From contig OX597814.1 in the NCBI GenBank assembly GCA_951406725.2, positions 22,258,001 through 22,322,000 of the forward strand: a stretch of 64,000 nt of DNA. The letters are read 5' to 3'. A program made the translations under genes and the position numbers. The first letter of the stretch is position 1, and every line of letters starts with the position of its first letter. The notes beneath the pieces were generated by a model. The model was not told where the DNA came from. It did not search any database and saw only the letters and a program-made list of their open reading frames with translations. This document shows positions 12,302-26,054 of the stretch, in pieces. The DNA comes from Octopus vulgaris (taxonomy: Eukaryota).

Positions 12302-13426
12302 CATCACCATATTTAAAGTATATTTTCCATGTTGGCATTACAGTTTGACGGGGGTTGGCTAACCAGAAGGGTGTGCCACACTACAGTTGTCTGTTTTGGC
12401 ATGGTTTCTTATGGCATAATACCCTTTCTAACACCCATCCACTTTACAGAGCTTACTGAGTGCTTTTTCTGTAGCACCTACACAGGTGCTTTCCGTGTGG
12501 AACCAGTATGGGTGCTTTTAATGTGACACCAACACTTACAGGGTCACCAAGAAGTTTGCAAGACAAGAACATCTCAATTGAGGGAGGTGGCCATGTGCCA
12601 GGCAAGAGGTTGAAATATGAAAGAGGTACAAGGGATAGCTGGTCTTACTATAGAGGAGATACTTGGCTACTCAGTAAGACAAGAAAGGGAGGGAGGGAGA
12701 GGAGAGTGAGAAAGAAAGACAGTCAGAGAACATAGTCATCCTTTCATTTTATGTCTGTCTTTCCATTCTAGCATGGGTTAGATAAACATGTCAGTAAGCT
12801 TTTTTTTTTGTTTTTGCAACATGCCCTTTTTTTGCTCACCTGTTTTTCTCTTAATTCACATATCTTCAAAGGCACAAAGGGAGTGGATGATTTATTTACA
12901 GGGGAAATAGCATTGACATCATCACTTGTAGCTGAGCAGCTTTCTGAGAAGTGCAAATGTAAACAAACACAGACAGACACATGCATATGCACACACATAC
13001 ATACACATGCAAACACATACAAAGACAGTTTCCATCTACAGGTATGCTTGCTTACACTGTCTATTTCACCAGTCAACATCCATACACCATGTCTATCCAT
13101 TCAGTATTCTCTGAGTGAGTAGCCAAAGCAAATGCGATGCCAAGAACAATACAGAGGGTGTGACAGATGTGTGTCCAGATGCATCATCATCATCATCATC
13201 ATCATCCTTTTATGATCGTTGCCAGTACCGCCTGATTGGCCCTCGTACCAGTGGCACATAAAAGCACCCACTACACTCTCAGAGTGGTTGGAATTAGAAA
13301 GGGCATCCAGCTATTGAAACTTTGCCAGATCAGATTGAGCCTGATGTAGCCTGTGGCTCACCAGTCCTCAGTCAAACTGTCTATCCCATGCCAGCATGGA
13401 AAGCGGACGTTAAATGATGATGATGA

Positions 13427-13486
<60 letters not shown>

Positions 13487-13800
13487 AAAAGGGTTCAGCA
13501 AAAATTTGCTTTACCACACAACGAAGTTTAGAAATAGCAGTCAAAAACCTTAGCTATTTCTTCTACTTTAAAAGGGGTCTCCCGGAGGGTTTCTCCGGGA
13601 GACCCCCTTTTAAAGTAGAAGAAATAGCTAAGATTTTTGGCTGCTATTTCTAAACTTCGGTGTGTGGTGAAGCAAATCTTTGCTGGACCTTTTTATTAGT
13701 ATTACTTAAGCTTACCGTGAAATGGTCCTTTTTTCATACCGAATTCTACTTGGTGAAATTATTAATTACTTCTTAATTAATTAATTTTACCCTTTGTTAT

Positions 13801-13834
<34 letters not shown>

Positions 13835-16800
13835 GTCCATTTTCCATGCTGACTGGCTGACTGAGGTAGAACATCTTGTTTGGATTCAATGGGTTGGAGG
13901 ACTACATCTTGCTCCAGTCTCTCAGTTTTGGCCTAGTCTGTATGGTTTGATATCCTTCCTTGCATCAACCATTTTACAAAATGTATTGGATGCATATTCT
14001 TTTTGTGGCACTAACACTATAGAGGTTGCCTTGCTCTCAGCATGACCAAAGAGACCTCTCAAGTTTAGCATGGTTGCTGCTTGAATCAGTTACCAATTAC
14101 TTACAAAGTGTACTGGGTGCTTTTTGTGACGCCAGCACTGTTAAAGTCACCTTACAACTTACTAAACAAAAGAGAGCTCTCACAATGAAAGGAACAGATT
14201 TATTGTTGTGACTTGTTGGTAATGAAAAGAATGACAGTAGGAACAGCATTGGTATAAAGTAATGAGAGGCAGAGGAGAGTAGAAGGGAAGTGTAATGTCA
14301 GGGATTAGTGCGAAAGAGAGCGGTAAGGGTGTTGAGATGGGTTAAGTGAGTAAACCCTGTGATAGGAGTGGGTCTGTTTGCCATTCCCACATGGAGCAAG
14401 CAGTTCATCAGGGTTTAAGTCAGTTCTTATTTAGAGTTACAGGGGTTATTGTTGGAAGAGAGTGATAGGGGAGAAAATATCAGAGACAGCTTTAGGAAAG
14501 GGAGTAACAGAAGGGAAAGGGAAAAGTAGTGTCAGTGAGGTTAATGAGAGAGAGTTAGAGAGTGATAACACAGTGGTGAGGGTTGAATAGGAGGAGTTGC
14601 TGTGCTACTCCCATGAGTGAGTAAAGTGATACATGAAGAAATGATGTGTAGGAAGTGAGGTTGGCACTGGATGGGTGCCTCACAATTCCTTACATAGTCA
14701 TGGAAAGGAAAATAGCGGGAACAAGAATCTCTGAACAAATAAGAATAATAATTTATTTCGCCTGAATAAACATTTCATCTCAGGACATCGGTAGCCTGAA
14801 CAGCCGTCTTGGTGTGCGAGAAGCAGCAGGGCTGGTAGTTAGACACAAAAATATGAAGGCATTTTCACAGACTCGCAATATTGCTCGCCGTCAGAATTCC
14901 AGCTCCACAAATTTGGTCCAAGTTGCATCATGTCTGGTCAGAAGCTGGGGCCAAAGAGAGAGAGAATGGTGGTCAAGCCTAGCTGCTGCTGATAACTGCG
15001 CATGTGCATAAGGGTTCTTCTGGAAGGCTCTAATCCCTGCGCATGCATGGATGAAAATCCAAAAATGGCATCTGGGACCAGGCATCACTCACTACAGATG
15101 GAATAAGAAAAAGAAGGAAAAGGAGTGTCAGGAGATTGAAGAAATAGTTAGTGTAATAAAGACAGTGGAGAAGATTGAGTAGGAAGGAGTACAGCCTACT
15201 TTATGCTATATATGGGTGGGTAGAGTGATGTATGAGAGAAAAACAAGATGTTGATAAGAATCCAGAGTGTATTTTCAAGGTAATATATTTAAGAGAACCT
15301 AGTGACAGGGGAATCAAGGAAGAAGATAAAGGTTGTCAGGGTGTAATCCCCACCTCCTCAAGCATCATAATGATGGAAATGAAAATAATCTATGATCAAT
15401 ATGAATGGTTGTTGTTGGAATTTAGCCCCACATCAGCCCTCACTGAACAAACCTATGATCCAATAATATCCAGATTTGAAAGTACATCGTTTGTATATAC
15501 TCTTTACTCTTTTACTTGTTTCAGTCATTTGACTGTGGCCATGCTGGAGCACTGCCTTTAGTCGAGCAAATCGACCCCAGGACTTATTCTTTGTAAACCT
15601 AGTACTTATTCTATCGGTCTCTTTTACCGAACCGCTAGGTTACAGGGACGTAAACACACCAGCATCGGTTGTCAAGCGATGTTGGGGTGACAAACACAGA
15701 CACACAAACATACACACACAAGCACACACACACACACACACATATACATATACATATATACGACAGGCTTCTTTCAGTTTCCATCTACCAAATCCACTCA
15801 CAAGGCTTTGGTCGACCCGAGGCTATGGTAGAAGACACTTGCCCTATGTGCCACGCAGTGGGACTGAACCCAGAACCATGTGGTTGGTAAGCAAGCTACT
15901 TACCACACAGCCACCCCTATGCCTATATGTATGTCAGGGATTACATTATCCAACTTATTGTCCTTTATTTTAGTTGCTGTCAGGAAATATTAGGTAGATT
16001 TGGCTGCTTTTCCTACAAAATCAAGTAACTACATAAAGGCCTTCACATTAGTTCAACAGTATCAAAAGTTATACAGGATCCTGGTTATATAGGAATATAA
16101 CTTTCACATTGAAAGTAATTTAAACAAAGAGGTTCAAACCAAACAGTATCTATTTATCACACCTACACACTTTGTCTTTTCAATCAATATTTCTACACTG
16201 TGTCTATCTATCTGTCTATCTAAACAGTAGACACAATGTCATTATATCTAGCTAATATCTTTACCTTGTATGGCAGCAAGCTGGCAGAAACATTAGCACA
16301 CTGGGCCAAATACTTAGCAGTATTTCATCTGTTTTTACAGTTTGAGTTCAAATTCCACCAAGGTCAACTTTGCTTTTTATTCTTTCAAGGTCAATAAATT
16401 AAGTACCAGTTGTGTATTGACGTCAATCTAATCAACTAGTCCCCTTCCCAAAAATTTTGGGCCTTTAGCCTAGAGTAGGAAAGAATATCTCTACATTGTG
16501 TGTATCCATCCAATAATCATCTAAGCAGTTAATATCTATACACTATATCCATTTAACCAGTCAACACCTACATATCTAATTATCCAGCATTCTCTGAATA
16601 GCTAAATATTCGTAACACACCATCTCTGATGAAGGACAATTATCCTAAAACAGATGAGTAAACAGATTCTCAATTATTTTTCTGTCTAATTTAGAGAACA
16701 ATAGAATGTTCAGTCTCCAAAATTGAGTTTTACAAATAAATAGCTGTAGAGTTACCTACATTATACGTGTTTCAGGATATTCTTAATCACACCATGTTTT

Positions 16801-16848
16801 ATATGTATATATATAGAGAGAGAGATAGAGAAATAGATAGATAGATAG

Positions 16849-16898
<50 letters not shown>

Positions 16899-17521
16899 GT
16901 GTGTGTGTGAGTGTGTGTATATATATTCATCATCATTTTTTAATGTCCGTTTTCCATGCAAGCATGGGTTGCACGTTTTGACCGGGTTCTGGGAAGCCAG
17001 GAGGCTGCACCAAGCTCCAGTCTGATCTGGCAGTGTTTCTACAGCTGGATGCCCTTCCTAACACCAACCACTCCGTGAGTGTAGTGGGTGCTTTTTACGT
17101 GCCAGGCAAGGCTGGCAGCGGCCACGATCGAAATGATGTTTCTTTACTTGCCACCTGCACAGGAGCCAGTCCAGCGGCACTGGCAACGACCTCGCTCGAA
17201 TGTTTTGCTCACTTGCCACTGGCACAAGTGCCAGTAAGGCGACACTGGTAACAATCATGCTCAAAAGGTGGTTTTTATGTGCCCACTGGCACAGAAGCCA
17301 GGCAGCTGCATTGGCACAGGTGCCAGTCGTCGAATTTGGTTCAATTTCGATTTCACTTGCCCCAACAGGTCTTCGCAGGCAGAGTTTAGTGTCCAATGAA
17401 GGGAGGTTGGCATGGGTGCAAGCTATCATATATATATATATACATATATAACTTGTTTGGATTAACTTTATATATATATATATTATACACAAACACACAT
17501 ACATATATATACATACATACA

Positions 17522-17556
<35 letters not shown>

Positions 17557-19992
17557 GCACACACACACACATACATACATACTATTACATATATATATAT
17601 TACACACACATACACATACATACAAATATATACATGCATAATAGATAGATAGATAGATACACACACACATAAATATATTGTGCTATGTGAATTGTTGCTC
17701 TTTAGAAAAAGAAATATTGAATAAATAAAATATTCATTTGACAAATATACACCTCACTCAGTTACACAAGATACCAGGGTAGTTGACTCAGGCTGAAGTA
17801 TTTATGTAATCTCATATTTCTATTGTTAACCACTCCTCTGCAATTATACAAAGCAACCAGTGAATCATTGATATTATTATCATTAAGGCTAGAAATCATT
17901 ATTCTCTCCTATACGGACATCTACACCGGTTAGTCATGCTCTATATACTATTGTATAACTTGAATAACCAGACAGGTTTATACATGCGGATTTAACTGAG
18001 TGAGGTGTATATTTGTCAAATGAATATTTTATTTATTCAATATTTCTTGGCCTGACATGTCTTCTCAAGCACAGCATATCACCAAAAGTCAGAGGGGGAT
18101 TGGATAAACTACCTGCATCAACTTGCTATAAAAGCAGGTAGTAATTTTACCGTGTCCTTATTCTTAGTGCAAGTTTTGAAGAATGCCGTTCGATTTTAAT
18201 AGTTATTTTTTCAAAGCCATAATGGAAGTTACTAAGGAGCATATTCAGCACATTTTGCTTTAGAAGTTCAATAAAAGCAACAACACAACCGAAATTGTGA
18301 GGAATATTAATGTAGTATATGGGTATCAGACAATATTTGTAAGCCAGTGTCAATGGTGGTTCCAGAAATTCTGAGCTGGAAGCTACTGCCTAGAAGACAA
18401 GCCTCATCCTAGAAGATCTGTAGAACTCAATGAGGACATCCTGCAAACCCTGGTAGAACAAAATCTCATTGTAACTGTTGAGGAACTAGCAGAGAAGCTT
18501 GTATTTCATCATTCAACCATTCATTGACACCTGTGTGCCATCAGAAATGTGAGCAAATTGAGTCAATGGGTTCCTCACAAACTTTCTAAGTTTAATTGCA
18601 TGCAGAGGGTGAATGTGTGCTCCTCTTTGCAGTCACATCTCAGGAATGAACCTTTTTTGGACCAAATAGTGACTGGTGACAAGAAATGGGATCTCTATAA
18701 AAATGTCAAGCACTAAAACAGTGAGTAGAGAAAGGTAAACTCCAGGCTAAAGAAGGTCTTCGCCCACATAAGATGTTGTTATCTATTTGGTAGGATATAA
18801 AAAGTTTAGTCCACTTTCAACTTATAAACCCAAACCAAACGATAACAAAGGAGATCTACTGCAAACAGCTTGAGCAGCTTAAGTCAGCGCTAGAAGGAAA
18901 ATAACCATCTTTGGTTTGAAGATGAAAGGTGTTCTTCCATCAGGATAATGCTTGGCTGACATTCCAAAGTCTGGAGCAGTTTGAATGGGAAATGATGCCC
19001 CACCTACCATATTCGCCAGACATTGCCCTATCTGATTATCATTTATTCCACAATCTTCAAAATCATTTCGGGAGGAAAAATATGAATTCTGTAGATGAGG
19101 TCAGAACAGTACTGGAGGAGTATTTTTCATCACAGACAAGTGAATTTTGGAAGCGGGGCTTTGCAAGTCTACCAGATAGATGGAAGAGCATCGTAAAAAA
19201 TGAAGAAGAGTTTATTTTAGATTAAAAAAAGAACGTTGTTTATTTTAAGTTTGAAAAATAAAAGAAATATACAAAACTACACAATTTATCGAATGGTCCA
19301 ATATATATATACATACATATATATATGCCAAAGGTTAAAGAGCTTCTACCTGCCTGTGAGGTAACTATCCTATGCCAGACATCAAACCAACACCCGAACA
19401 TAGAGTGATTAAATATCATTCTTGTGTTCAACAGAGCAGCTCATACATACATTCATAAGAAAATAATTAAAATTTTAAAAATAAAATATAAAATTTTTAA
19501 TTAAAAAATTTTTAGAATGCATATTTACACACATTTGTTGGATGGCTGTTGACTACTCATGAGTTCGTCCACCCATTGATGAGTCTTACTTTTGTCCCAA
19601 TAAACACCCTCCTCACCAAGCAAGCTTGGTGGGGTTGCTAGTTTCATCACTGGATTCAAATTTCATTTGAGGACCAATGTAAAACAAACCTCCACTAATT
19701 ATTCTGCCTACATATCTGTGACACACATTTCAATGCTGTATATGCCATAAGGTCTGTAATTTTAGTGGAGGCCTCAAAAGACATTTTAAGATCCACAAAG
19801 ATCAGAACTTAACCACAGCTCTTGATGGTCCAAATCAAATATGCAATCTATGAGGGTGTCTTTTCAATACATTGTCTAGTTTAAAAAGCCACATCAGATG
19901 CCATGATGGATCTAGGGTGTCGGTACAAGAGGTAGTCAGACTCTGCATAAGGAGTAGACAACCACCATATATTTATATGTATGTGTAATATA

Positions 19993-20035
<43 letters not shown>

Positions 20036-21858
20036 CTGAGTTTTTATGATTGTGTATAGAAGAATAGATTAATCAATGAAATTCCAACTAAGTCTAACTT
20101 TCACATTTTATTATTTGCAATTTTTACAATTTTACAACAGTGAAATTAACTAATACTTTCATGGGTTACACGCAATCACCAGGTTTATGCCGCGACAGTT
20201 ATGTTCCAGGACTGACAACTGTAGGGAAATGGTTAAATTTAAACACTGATAGCAAATTAGGGACCCTGATGTCCATCAGATCCCTTCAGGCAACCATCTG
20301 GCAACATGTGGTTAGAAAAAGTTTATGATATTCCCATTCTACAAACTACACAACTCAAGTGAAGTTAGAGAAAAGTCAGAGAAAAAAATTTTATTCAAGC
20401 CTATTTTAAATGGACAGTAATAGTAATGGTGATAATTATAACAAAGCCTGGTCAGAATGAAACCACTGGATTCTTTTATTAGGGTTACAAAAATAGATCC
20501 ATTTTTCATCTCATTCTTTTAGAGCCTGATCATTGATCAGTTCATGTAGAGCTTCTCAATAGCATCAGTCTACAAGGCCAAGCTTATCGAGATGCTTTGT
20601 GAAGGACCAAGTTCTACCAACAGTGTATGAGTGCTTGTGCTTGTGTTTGAAATGAAGCCATTTTAAGCAAGGTTTCATTTTCTACAACAGAATATCTCCC
20701 TGACCTTGGTTTGTCTTTGAGGCTGGTATCACCTTCCTTGAAATGTCTGAGCCAGTTTTGTACCACACATTCATTGGTAGCTCCTGGGCTTTTCACATCA
20801 TTAATTTCTTTTACCCCCTGCCCTTACATTCAGTCTTTTTTTTTTTTCCATAGGTAGCATAAAATGGTTCAAATTGCAAGTTTTCACCAATCATTATCAA
20901 AGCTGTAAAATACAGAATAGACAATTCATGTTTATGTCTTAAGTATGAACATAAAGAATAAATAGTTCAGGAGTGGCTGTGTGGTAAGTAGCTTGCTTAC
21001 CAACCACATGGTTCCGGGTTCAGTCCCACTGACAAGTGTCTTCTACTATAGCCTCAGGCCAACCAAAGCCTTATGAGTGGATTTGGTAGATGGAAACTGA
21101 AAGAAGCCTGTCGTATATATGTATATATATATGTGTGTCTGTGTTTGTCCCCCTAGCATTGCTTGACAACCGATGCTGGTGTGTTTATGTCCCCGTTGAA
21201 AGAGATCGATAAAATAAGTACTAGGCTTCCAAAGAATAAGTCCCGAGGTCAATTTGTTCGACTAAAGGCAGTGCTCCAGTATGGCCACAGTCAAATGACT
21301 GAAACAAGTAAAGGGTAATAGTTGAACAACAAGTTGTATTATATTAATGATACAACATGGACATGCAAGTCGATACAAATCATAAATGAATATCTGAATT
21401 TTTGACTCAACCTAGTATATTACATGTATGTATGCATGTGTGCTTGAATTGTGCTCTTTATTTGAATTGTACTCTTGACTTGTGCTCTTGAAGAGCAAAA
21501 AAGAGCTCTTGAATTGTGCTCTTTCTACCAGCACAGAAACTAGTCTGGCGGCACTGGCATAGACCATGCTCGACTGATGCCTTTTACGTGTCTCCAGCAC
21601 TGGCATCAGCCACGTTCAAATGGTGCTTTTAAACATGCCACTGACACAGGTGCCAGTCAGGCAGCACTGGCATTGATCATACTTGAATTGTGCTCTTTAT
21701 GTGCCACCAGCACAGAAACCAGTCAGGTAGCACTGACATAGACCACGCTTGAGTGATGCTTTTTACGTGTCATTGGCATTGGTATCCGCCACATCAAATG
21801 GTGCTTTTAAACATACTACCGACACAGGTGCCAGTCAGGCAGCACTAGCATCTGCCAC
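11889..21858 (+). repeat. Segmental duplication A, copy 2
   Basis: Near-identical to 1-9989, with scattered SNPs, microsatellite length changes and small indels. Confidence 0.97.
18222..19225 (+). pseudogene. Decayed mariner transposase (duplicate of 6337-7340)
   Basis: Identical ORF 18929-19225 (HQDNA...YSPDIALSDYHLF). Confidence 0.93.
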
Positions 21859-21890
21859 GACTATGATTTCACTTGACTATATATATAGTT

Positions 21891-21931
<41 letters not shown>

Positions 21932-21937
<6 letters not shown>

Positions 21938-22379
21938 TAAATAAATGGAGTTGAAGGCAGATGCTATTCAAATTCTTTTACTTGCGACATATGTTTGAAC
22001 AGTTAGTTTAACTTACACTTTACTTCAATAGAGAAATCTACTTCCAAGCCTTTGAACATTCTTTCAACCAATGTATCCCTCTTTATTTGTTCTCTACTTA
22101 TTATTTCTTTACCCCTTATCTTTCTAGTATCTGCCTTTGATGTCGAATCTACTAATGCTTTTTTTTAAATACTTAATAACATTCTGTTTATCATTTATAC
22201 AGTCATCGAAATTGTTATAATGTCTTGTTGTTGAGATAGGCTCTCTTTTTTCCTGATGAGAAGATTGCATTTTACACCGTTTATTCCTTTGGAATAAAAA
22301 CAATGTGGTCTTCGAGACATATGTCGAAAGTAAAAGAATTTGAATAGCATCTGCATTCAACTCCATTTATTTACTTATA
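21932..22379. mobile_element. Foldback element with ~65-bp terminal inverted repeats next to (TA)n (copy 36023-36470)
   Basis: tataagtaaataaatggagttgaaggcagatgctattcaaattcttttacttgcgacatatgt versus reverse complement acatatgtcgaaagtaaaagaatttgaatagcatctgcattcaactccatttatttacttata. Confidence 0.88.
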
Positions 22380-22539
22380 CTACACAAATTACTGCACATT
22401 AACCCGGAGTTCCTACCTTTGAATAGGTCGCTACATCCTTGTTACTTGCGTGAATTTTGCTACCCTGGTAACTGTTTATTGAATTTTCCATGTTAATGGT
22501 AAACAAAGGATAATTCATTCATCCATTTATATATATATA

Positions 22540-22683
22540 TCATCATCATCATCATCATCATCATTTAGCATCCGCTTTCCATGCTAGCATGGGTTGGACG
22601 GTTCAACTGGGGTCTGTGAAGCCAGAAGGCTGCATCAGGCCCAGTCTGATCTGGCAGTGTTTCTACGGCTGGATGCCCTTCCT

Positions 22684-22687
<4 letters not shown>
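22540..22687 (-). mobile_element. Truncated RTE-type 3' tail (copy ~36630-36778)
   Basis: (CAT)n-ttagcatccgctttccatgctagcatgggttggacgg...gcccttcctaac, then (TA)n. Confidence 0.75.
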
Positions 22688-22725
<38 letters not shown>

Positions 22726-23173
22726 CATACAAAATATATAAACATTAATAACTATGAAAGACTGGTGGGAATATTATCTGTATGGACTTCAAGGGCTAGG
22801 TTTCTATTTAGTTAGATAATTTAAGAATCAGTTATAGGTTTACTTATAGAATTATTATTTTACTGATACTGTTTTTGTACATATGGAAAATGTGGTTTCT
22901 TTGTTGTACTTTAATTAATAATGCTAGTGCTTAATCCTTCCTAGAATTAAGATTGAATAAATGTGATGATATCAGAGGTATGTTTGTTCCTAAACAACAC
23001 TTATGTTAGTGTTGTTTACACTGCCGGATTGAATGGTACTGCCCAGGTGTTGAAACCATAGTAATATCCATAGGGAAGCTGATGGAGGTGTGTTAGGTGG
23101 GTATGGCTCTTATTATATGTTAATTAGATCAACTGGAACACTCATCATCATAACCAATGGAGTGCCAGCTATA

Positions 23174-23227
<54 letters not shown>

Positions 23228-23544
23228 CATATAAATCATTATTATTATCATCATTTAAGTCCACTTTCCATGCTAGCATGGGCTGGACAGCTTGACAGGG
23301 AACCAGTGTGAAGTGCAAAACTGCATCAGGATCCAGTATCTTCTTTAGATCTTGGTGCTTTTTATGTGCCACTGGCTCTAGTAAGGTTGCTTTGAAACTT
23401 GCAAGACATAAAAGAACAGACAAAAAAAGAGAAAAGGCCTCCTCAACTAAGAGGGTGTATTTGAGAAGGGAAGGTGGAAGTGGGTAGCTGTATGCTAAAT
23501 GTTTTGAAAGGCTAAAGTATGACAGAAGGACCAAGTCAGTAGCG

Positions 23545-24120
23545 AGCAGAGTGGGGGATGCACCAAGAGCATAGCTGCTAGCATAAGAATAGGCTGGGCA
23601 AAGTTCAGAGAGATACTACCTCTGCTGGTAACAAAGGGCCTCTCTCTCAGAGTGAAATGCAAACTGTATGATGCCTATGTGCAAACAGCCATGCTACATG
23701 GCAGTGAAACATGGGCTGTGACTGCTGAGGACATGCGTAGGTTTGTAAGAAATGAAGCTAGTGTGCTTCACTGGATATGTATGTCAGTGTGCATGTACAA
23801 CAGGGTGCAAGTGCCTTGAGAGAAAAGCCAGGCATAAGAGACATCAGATGTGGAGTGCAAAAGAGATGACTGCACTAGGATGGTCATGTGATGTGTATGG
23901 ACGAGGACAGCTGTATGAAGAAGTGTCACACTGTAACAGTGGAGAGAACCTGTGAAAGAAGTAAACCCAGGAAGACATAAGACATGGTGGTGAAGCATGA
24001 TCTTCGAATGTTGGGCCTCATGGAGGCAATGACAAATGAGCAAGACTTTTGGTGATATGCTGTGCTTGAGAAGACATGTCAGGCCAAGTGAGATTGTAGC
24101 CATGGCTGATGCCAGTATCA
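23545..24120 (+). pseudogene. RTE-clade LINE ORF2 C-terminal fragment (copy ~37635-38210)
   Basis: GGCTKSIAASIRIGWAKFREILPLLVTKGLSLRVKCKLYDAYVQTAMLHGSETWAV...: post-RT region typical of RTE elements; frameshifted. Confidence 0.88.
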
Positions 24121-24124
24121 TATA

Positions 24125-24780
24125 AATCATCATTATCATCATCATCATCGTTTAACGTCCGTTCTCCATGCTAGCATGGGTTGGACGGTTCGACCGGGGA
24201 TCTGGGAAGCCAGAAGGCTGCACCAGGCTCCAGTCTTATCTGGCAATGTTTCTACAGCTGGATGCCCTTCCTAAAGCCAACCACTCTGTGAGTGTAGTGG
24301 GTGCTTTTTACGTGCCACCTGCACAGGTGCCAGGCGAGGCTGGCAACGGCCACGGTTGGATTGGTGCATTTTACGTGCCACTGGCACGGAAGCCAGTCGA
24401 GGTGGCGCTGGCATCGCCCACGATTTGGATAGTGCTTTTTACGTACCACCAGTCCAGGGGTCCTGGCATCTGCTGGGTGCCAGTCATAGGATTGGTTCAA
24501 TTTCGATTCTGATTTCGATTTCGATTTCGATTTCACTTGCCCCAACAGGTCTTCGCAAGTAAAGTGGGGTTGGCATGGGTGCCTGTCATCGGATGAGGTT
24601 CGATATCAACTTCGCTTGCCTCAACAGGTCTTTGTGTGTCCAAGGGAGGAAAGGCATGCATAAGTGGGCTGGACTCACTTGTCCTGCCTGGTCTTCTCAC
24701 GCACAGCATATTTCCAAAGGTCTCGGTCGCTGGTCATTTCCTCAGTGAGGCCTAAAGTTCGAAGGTCGTGCTTCAATGGC
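24125..24780 (-). mobile_element. RTE-clade LINE 3' end: ORF2 stop region, 3' UTR and (GAT)n tail (copy ~38215-38870)
   Basis: Minus-strand peptide KHDLRTLGLTEEMTSDRDLWKYAVREKTRQDK* (stop 24675), followed by the tail with ~60-bp repeats. Confidence 0.85.
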
Positions 24781-24799
24781 ATGTAAAAATCACCCCTCA

Positions 24800-25100
24800 T
24801 ATGTTGGACAATATGCTGTGCTTGAGAAGACCTGTGAAGCCAAGTGAAATCATAACCATAGCCAATGCCAGTGCCAGTTGACTGGCATCTGTGCTGGTGG
24901 CACATAAAAAAGCATTAATGCTGGTGTCATATCAATGGCACCCGAGCTGGAGGCACGTAAAAAGTATCCATTGCACTCTTGGAGTGGTTGACATTAGGAA
25001 GGGCATCCAGCTGTAGAAACCATGCCAAACCAAATTGGAACTTAGTGTAGCTCCCCAGCTCACCAGTTTTCAATCAAACTGTCCAACCCATGCCAGCATG
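24800..25100 (+). mobile_element. RTE-type LINE 3' fragment (copy ~38890-39190)
   Basis: atatgctgtgcttgagaagac...ggaagggcatccagctgtagaaac...ccaacccatgccagcatg. Confidence 0.7.
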
Positions 25101-25606
25101 TTATTATTTATGCTTCACCATCCTCAGAACCTTCCTGTATTGGATTTTGAGTCTACAGTGTACTGTAGACTGCATGCTGGATTATGCTCCTGTGTAACCT
25201 TAAGTAACATTGTATATTTAGTCTATACTTGTGAATGTATATGTAACGGGAAGGACAAATCTGCATTTTATTTAGTAAGTACATGAGTGTTCATACACAC
25301 TTTCAGTGCACAAGTATGCTATCCCCAACTCTACCTCTGGGCCTTTGTTATTTAAATACCTTGATTCCGTTGGATCCTGAAAATTTTATATACATATATA
25401 TAAATCGAAATGTACAGTATTATGTCCAATCAGTTTCACACAAAGAGTTCAACAGTGTTAGGTAACAGTCCAATTATGTAACCCTGCACTCTTCAGGGGT
25501 AGCCGTTATGGAATGAAATACGGTGACTGCTATTTCAACATTGCAGATGAATGTTTGTTACCCCTACAGCCACAACAATAACAACGACTCTTGTGATCCA
25601 GGAATC

Positions 25607-25665
<59 letters not shown>

Positions 25666-25730
25666 AGAGAGAGAGAGAGAGAGAGAGAACAATCTTACTT
25701 AGAAATGGATGCGTGCATTCCGTCATATAA

Positions 25731-26001
25731 TATATTAATAAATAAAACATATGCATATATATATATACATATATGTACGTACCTACCTCTACATGTATAT
25801 ATACACGCATATATGGGTACAGGACACCCAAAAAACGTCGAACACAATGAGAAACAAAAACATAAGCACAAAACCAAGGAACTGGACATTTTTCTTAAAC
25901 AACAAAAAAATAGAGTACAGGGCAAATAACACAGGGAAAATTCCCCTTCTTCAGTCGCCATGGTTTCATCTACTCTGCATATGTTTTATTTATTAATATA
26001 T
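25731..26001. mobile_element. Short element bounded by 25-bp inverted repeats in a TA-rich context (copy ~39824-40094)
   Basis: tatattaataaataaaacatatgca (25731-25755) and tgcatatgttttatttattaatata (25976-26000). Confidence 0.6.
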
Positions 26002-26015
26002 ATATATATATATAC

Positions 26016-26048
<33 letters not shown>

Positions 26049-26054
26049 TATATA

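Noticed and set aside
17058-17744. 228-aa ORF and many other YI/CV/HT-rich ORFs
   Set aside because: Read-through of TA/ATAC/CA microsatellites and LINE tails; the ORF is broken in the duplicate copy.
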